A stretch of DNA of 64,000 nt from Paragordius varius (lineage: Eukaryota; Animalia; Nematomorpha): NCBI GenBank assembly GCA_964247055.1, contig OZ176053.1:3782001-3846000 (forward strand), given 5' to 3'. A program made the position numbers and the translations under genes. Shown piece after piece: positions 56,401 to 64,000 of this stretch. The first letter of the stretch is position 1; each line of letters opens with the position of its first letter. The notes under the pieces are model-generated. The model searched no databases, was not told the origin of the DNA, and was given only the letters and a program-made list of their open reading frames with translations.

Positions 56401-59400
56401 ATTATATTAACTATGATTGTATGGGTAATTACAACAATCAACCATACCTCTTTAACACTTAAATTATATTAACTATGATTGTATGGGTAATTACAACAAT
56501 CAACCATACCTCTTTAACACTTAAATTATATTAACTATGATTGTATGGGTAATTACAACAATCAACCATACCTCTTTAACACTTAAATTATATTAACCAT
56601 GATTGTATGGGTAATTACAACAATCAACCATACCTCTTTAACACTTAAATTATATTAACCATGATTGTATGGGTAATTACAACAATCAACCATACCTCTT
56701 TAACACTTAAATTATATTAACCATGATTGTATGGGTAATTACAACAATCAACCATACCTCTTTAACACTTAAATTATATTAACCATGATTGTATGGGTAA
56801 TTACAACAATCAACCATACCTCTTTAACAATCAAATTATATTAACCATGATTGTATGGGTAATTACAACAATCAACCATACCTCTTTAACACTTAAATTA
56901 TATTAACCATGATTGTATGGGTAATTACAACAATCAACCATACCTCTTTAACACTTAAATTATATTAACCATGATTGTATGGGTAATTACAACAATCAAC
57001 CATACCTCTTTAACACTTAAATTATATTAACCATGATTGTATGGGTAATTACAACAATCAACCATACCTCTTTAACAATCAAATTATATTAACCATGATT
57101 GTATGGGTAATTACAACAATCAACCATACCTCTTTAACACTTAAATTATATTAACCATGATTGTATGGGTAATTACAACAATCAACCATACCTCTTTAAC
57201 ACTTAAATTATATTAACCATGATTGTATGGGTAATTACAACAATCAACCATACCTCTTTAACAATCAAATTATATTAACCATGATTGTATGGGTAATTAC
57301 AACAATCAACCATACCTCTTTAACACTTAAATTATATTAACCATGATTGTATGGGTAATTACAACAATCAACCATACCTCTTTAACACTTAAATTATATT
57401 AACCATGATTGTATGGGTAATTACAACAATCAACCATACCTCTTTAACACTTAAATTATATTAACCATGATTGTATGGGTAATTACAACAATCAACCATA
57501 CCTCTTTAACACTTAAATTATATTAACCATGATTGTATGGGTAATTACAACAATCAACCATACCTCTTTAACACTTAAATTATATTAACCATGATTGTAT
57601 GGGTAATTACAACAATCAACCATACCTCTTTAACACTTAAATTATATTAACCATGATTGTATGGGTAATTACAACAATCAACCATACCTCTTTAACACTT
57701 AAATTATATTAACCATGATTGTATGGGTAATTACAACAATCAACCATACCTCTTTAACACTTAAATTATATTAACCATGATTGTATGGGTAATTACAACA
57801 ATCAACAATACCTCTTTAACACTTAAATTATATTAACCATGATTGTATGGGTAATTACAACAATCATCCATACCTCTTTAACATTTAAATTATATTAACC
57901 ATTGTATGGGTAATTACAACAATCAACCATACCTCTTTAACACTTAAATTATATTAACCATGATTGTATGGGTAATTACAACAATCATCCATACCTCTTT
58001 AACACTTAAATTATATTAACCATGATTGTATGGGTAATTACAACAATCAACCATACCTCTTTAACACTTAAATTATATTAACCATGATTGTATGGGTAAT
58101 TACAACAATCAACCATACATATTTAACACTTAAATTATATTAACCATGATTGTATGGGTAATTACAACAATCAACCATACCTCTTTAACACTTAAATTAT
58201 ATTAACCATGATTGTATGGGTAATTACAACAATCAACCATACCTCTTTAACACTTAAATTATATTAACCATGATTGTATGGGTAATTACAACAATCATCC
58301 ATACCTCTTTAACACTTAAATTATATTAACCATGATTGTATGGGTAATTACAACAATCAACCATACCTCTTTAACACTTAAATTATATTAACCATGATTG
58401 TATGGGTAATTACAACAATCATCCATACCTCTTTAACACTTAAATTATATTAACCATGATTAATTATATTAACCATGATTGTATGGGTAATTACAACAAT
58501 CAACCATACCTCTTTAACACTTAAATTATATTAACCATGATTGTATGGGTAATTACAACAATCATCCATACCTCTTTAACACTTAAATTATATTAACCAT
58601 GATTGTATGGGTAATTACAACAATCATCCATACCTCTTTAACACTTAAATTATATTATTGTATGGGTAATTACAACAATCAACCATACCTCTTTAACACT
58701 TAAATTATATTAACCATGATTGTATGGGTAATTACAACAATCAACCATACCTCTTTAACACTTAAATTATATTAACCATGATTGTATGGGTAATTACAAC
58801 AATCAACCATAATATTAACCATGATTGTATGGTTAAACAATCATCCATACCTCTTTAACACTTAAATTATATTAACCATGATTGTATGGGTAATTACAAC
58901 AATCAACCATACCTCTTTAACACTTAAATTTTATTAACCATGATTGTATGGGTAATTACAACAATCAACCATACCTCTTTAACACTTAAATTATATTAAC
59001 CATGATTGTATGGGTAATTACAACAATCAACCATACCTCTTTAACACTTAAATTATATTAACCATGATTGTATGGGTAATTACAACAATCAACCATACCT
59101 CTTTAACACTTAAATTATATTAACCATGATTGTATGGGTAATTACAACAATCAACCATACCTCTTTAACACTTAAATTATATTAACCATGATTGTATGGG
59201 TAATTACAACAATCAACCATACCTCTTTAACATTTAAATTATATTAACCATGATTGTATGGGTAATTACAACAATCAACCATACCTCTTTAACACTTAAA
59301 TTATATTAACCATGATTGTATGGGTAATTACAACAATCAACCATACCTCTTTAACACTTAAATTATATTAACCATGATTGTATGGGTAATTACAACAATC

Positions 59401-62400
59401 AACCATACCTCTTTAACACTTAAATTATATTAACCATGATTGTATGGGTAATTACAACAATCATCCATACCTCTTTAACATTTAAATTATATTAACCATG
59501 ATTGTATGGGTAATTACAACAATCAACCATACCTCTTTAACACTTAAATTATATTAACCATGATTGTATGGGTAATTACAACAATCAACCATACCTCTTT
59601 AACACTTAAATTATATTAACCATGATTGTATGGGTAATTACAACAATCAACCATACCTCTTTAACACTTAAATTATATTAACCATGATTGTATGGTTAAA
59701 CAATCATCCATACCTCTTTAACAATCAAATTATATTAACCATGATTGTATGGGTAATTACAACAATCAACCATACCTCTTTAACACTTAAATTATATTAA
59801 CCATGATTGTATGGGTAATTACAACAATCAACCATACCTCTTTAACAATCAAATTATATTAACCATTGTATGGGTAATTACAACAATCAACCATACCTCT
59901 TTAACACTTAAATTATATAAACCATGATTGTATGGGTAATTACAACAATCATCCATACCTCTTTAACACTTAAATTATATTAACCATGATTGTATGGGTA
60001 ATTACAACAATCAACCATACCTCTTTAACACTTAAATTATATTAACCATGATTGTATGGGTAATTACAACAATCAACCATACCTCTTTAACACTTAAATT
60101 ATATTAACCATGATTGTATGGGTAATTACAACAATCAACCATACCTCTTTAACAATCAAATTATATTAACCATGATTGTATGGGTAATTACAACAATCAA
60201 CCATACCTCTTTAACACTTAAATTATATTAACCATGATTGTATGGGTAATTACAACAATCAACCATACCTCTTTAACACTTAAATTATATTAACCATGAT
60301 TGTATGGGTAATTACAACAATCAACCATACCTCTTTAACAATCAAATTATATTAACCATGATTGTATGGGTAATTACAACAATCAACCATACCTCTTTAA
60401 CACTTAAATTATATTAACCATGATTGTATGGGTAATTACAACAATCAACCATACCTCTTTAACAATCAAATTATATTAACCATGATTGTATGGGTAATTA
60501 CAACAATCATCCATACCTCTTTAACACTTAAATTATATTAACCATGATTGTATGGGTAATTACAACAATCAACCATACCTCTTTAACACTTAAATTATAT
60601 TAACCATGATTGTATAAGTAATTACAACAATCAACCATACCTCTTTAACACTTAAATTATATTAACCATGATTGTATGGGTAATTACAACAATCATCCAT
60701 ACCTCTTTAACACTTAAATTATATTAACCATGATTGTATGGGTAATTACAACAATCATCCATACCTCTTTAACACTTAAATTATATTAACCATGATTGTA
60801 TGGGTAATTACAACAATCAACCATACCTCTTTAACACTTAAATTATATTAACCATGATTGTATGGGTAATTACAACAATCATCCATACCTCTTTAACACT
60901 TAAATTATATTAACCATGATTGTATGGGTAATTACAACAATCATCCATACCTCTTTAACACTTAAATTATATTAACCATGATTGTATGGGTAATTACAAC
61001 AATCATCCATACCTCTTTAACACTTAAATTATATTAACCATGATTGTATGGGTAATTACAACAATCAACCATACCTCTTTAACACTTAAATTATATTAAC
61101 CATGATTGTATGGGTAATTACAACAATCATCCATACCTCTTTAACACTTAAATTATATTAACCATGATTGTATGGGTAATTACAACAATCAACCATACCT
61201 CTTTAACACTTAAATTATATTAACCATGATTGTATGGGTAATTACAACAATCATCCATACCTCTTTAACACTTAAATTATATTAACCATGATTGTATGGG
61301 TAATTACAACAATCATCCATACCTCTTTAACACTTAAATTATATTAACCATGATTGTATGGGTAATTACAACAATCATCCATACCTCTTTAACACTTAAA
61401 TTATATTAACCATGATTGTATGGGTAATTACAACAATCAACCATACCTCTTTAACACTTAAATTATATTAACCATGATTGTATGGGTAATTACAACAATC
61501 AACCATACCTCTTTAACACTTAAATTATATTAACCATGATTGTATGGGTAATTACAACAATCATCCATACCTCTTTAACACTTAAATTATATTAACCATG
61601 ATTGTATGGGTAATTACAACAATCATCCATACCTCTTTAACACTTAAATTATATTAACCATGATTGTATGGGTAATTACAACAATCAACCATACCTCTTT
61701 AACACTTAAATTATATTAACCATGATTGTATGGGTAATTACAACAATCAACCATACCTCTTTAACACTTAAATTATATTAACCATGATTGTATGGGTAAT
61801 TACAACAATCATCCATACCTCTTTAACACTTAAATTATATTAACCATGATTGTATGGGTAATTACAACAATCATCCATACTTCTTTAACACTTAAATTAT
61901 ATTAACCATGATTGTATGGGTAATTACAACAATCAACCATACCTCTTTAACACTTAAATTATATTAACCATGATTGTATGGGTAATTACAACAATCATCC
62001 ATACCTCTTTAACACTTAAATTATATTAACCATGATTGTATGGGTAATTACAACAATCAACCATACCTCTTTAACACTTAAATTATATTAACCATGATTG
62101 TATGGGTAATTACAACAATCATCCATACCTCTTTAACACTTAAATTATATTAACCATGATTGTATGGGTAATTACAACAATCAACCATACCTCTTTAACA
62201 CTTAAATTATATTAACCATGATTGTATGGGTAATTACAACAATCAACCATACCTCTTTAACACTTAAATTATATTAACCATGATTGTATGGGTAATTACA
62301 ACAATCAACCATACCTCTTTAACACTTAAATTATATTAACCATGATTGTATGGGTAATTACAACAATCAACCATACCTCTTTAACACTTAAATTATATTA

Positions 62401-64000
62401 ACCATGATTGTATGGGTAATTACAACAATCAACCATACCTCTTTAACACTTAAATTATATTAACCATGATTGTATGGGTAATTACAACAATCAACCATAC
62501 CTCTTTAACACTTAAATTATATTAACCATGATTGTATGGGTAATTACAACAATCAACCATACCTCTTTAACACTTAAATTATATTAACCATGATTGTATG
62601 GGTAATTACAACAATCAACCATACCTCTTTAACAATCAAATTATATTAACCACGATTGTATGGATAATTACAACAATCAACTATACCTCTTTAACACTTA
62701 AATTATATTAACCATGATTGTATGGGTAATTACAACAATCAACCATACCTCTTTAACACTTAAATTATATTAACCATGATTGTATGGGTAATTACAACAA
62801 TCAACCATACCTCTTTAACACTTAAATTATATTAACCATGATTGTATGGGTAATTACAACAATCAACCATACCTCTTTAACACTTAAATTATATTAACCA
62901 TGATTGTATGGGTAATTACAACAATCAACCATACCTCTTTAACAATTAAATTATATTAACCATGATTGTATGGGTAATTACAACAATCAACCATACCTCT
63001 TTAACACTTAAATTATATTAACCATGATTGTATGGGTAATTACAACAATCAACCATACCTCTTTAACACTTAAATTATATTAACCATGATTGTATGGGTA
63101 ATTACAACAATCAACCATACCTCTTTAACAATTAAATTATATTAACCATGATTGTATGGGTAATTACAACAATCAACCATACCTCTTTAACAATTAAATT
63201 ATATTAACCATGATTGTATGGGTAATTACAACAATCAACCATACCTCTTTAACACTTAAATTATATTAACCATGATTGTATGGGTAATTACAACAATCAA
63301 CCATACCTCTTTAACAATTAAATTATATTAACCATGATTGTATGGGTAATTACAACAATCAACCATACCTCTTTAACACTTAAATTATATTAACCATGAT
63401 TGTATGGTTAAACAATCATCCATACCTCTTTAACAATCAAATTATATTAACCATGATTGTATGGGTAATTACAACAATCAACCATACCTCTTTAACACTT
63501 AAATTATATTAACCATGATTGTATGGGTAATTACAACAATCAACCATACCGCTTTAACACTTAAATTATATTAACCATGATTGTATGGGTAATTACAACA
63601 ATCAACCATACCTCTTTAACACTTAAATTATATTAACCATGATTGTATGGGTAATTACAACAATCAACCATACCTCTTTAACAATTAAATTATATTAACC
63701 ATGATTGTATGGGTAATTACAACAATCAACCATACCTCTTTAACACTTAAATTATATTAACCATGATTGTATGGGTAATTACAACAATCATCCATACCTC
63801 TTTAACAATCAAATTATATTAACCATGATTGTATGGGTAATTACAACAATCAACCATACCTCTTTAACAATTAAATTATATTAACCATGATTGTATGGGT
63901 AATTACAACAATCAACCATACCTCTTTAACACTTAAATTATATTAACCATGATTGTATGGGTAATTACAACAATCAACCATACCTCTTTAACAATTAAAT
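20421..64000. repeat. 62-bp tandem satellite array, ~690 monomers, runs off the window
   Basis: Consensus AACCATGATTGTATGGGTAATTACAACAATCAACCATACCTCTTTAACAATCAAATTATATT (62 bp, 17/62 G+C, no CpG). Period confirmed directly (TAACAATCAA at 24541 and 24603). All monomers are head-to-tail in one orientation; 60- and 61-bp indel variants recur. Confidence 0.99.
42598..43447 (-). mobile_element. RTE-clade non-LTR retrotransposon fragment (850 bp, C-terminal half of RT plus post-RT region) inserted in the satellite
   Basis: GVRQGCVLSPLLFNLY, NLRYADDTILLS, GLKLNPAKSKI, KYLGSII, YGSESW, FQMWCFRKILRISW, GHILR; after a 1-nt frameshift near 42682 it reads ILFGLVDGTRRRGRPKKRWIDVLK, an RTE-type C-terminal motif. 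The first 12 aa of the track ORF 42665-43483 are satellite-derived. Confidence 0.92.

Noticed and set aside
20421-64000. CRISPR array or repeat-encoded proteins (track ORFs at 23103, 32658, 33215, 37158, 42005)
   Set aside because: Monomers are contiguous with no unique spacers and there are no cas genes in this eukaryotic context. The ORFs are chance open frames from monomer indels and translate the repeat itself.
20421-64000. Telomeric repeat or rDNA spacer
   Set aside because: No TTAGG/TTAGGG-type short repeats and no rRNA sequence in the window.

Overview
This is an AT-rich eukaryotic, probably animal, window. It is not prokaryotic, and most of the supplied ORF track is spurious or misses spliced exons. 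The first 20.4 kb is a gene- and transposon-dense flank. It holds the 3' end of an R3H-domain gene (+), a complete 6-exon TRAPPC5 (+) with four 22-26 nt introns, a complete cyclin Y gene (-) and a possible further spliced gene next to the satellite. It also holds five TTAA-flanked piggyBac-like MITEs, three other inverted-repeat element types and a 4,461-bp Ty3/gypsy LTR retrotransposon with a GTAAT target-site duplication and TG...TA ends. From ~20,421 to the window end lies a 62-bp tandem satellite of ~690 monomers, organised into variant domains and higher-order repeats. It is interrupted once, by an 850-bp reverse-strand RTE-type LINE fragment truncated at both ends. Gene and element identities come from motif recognition and hand translation, not database searches.
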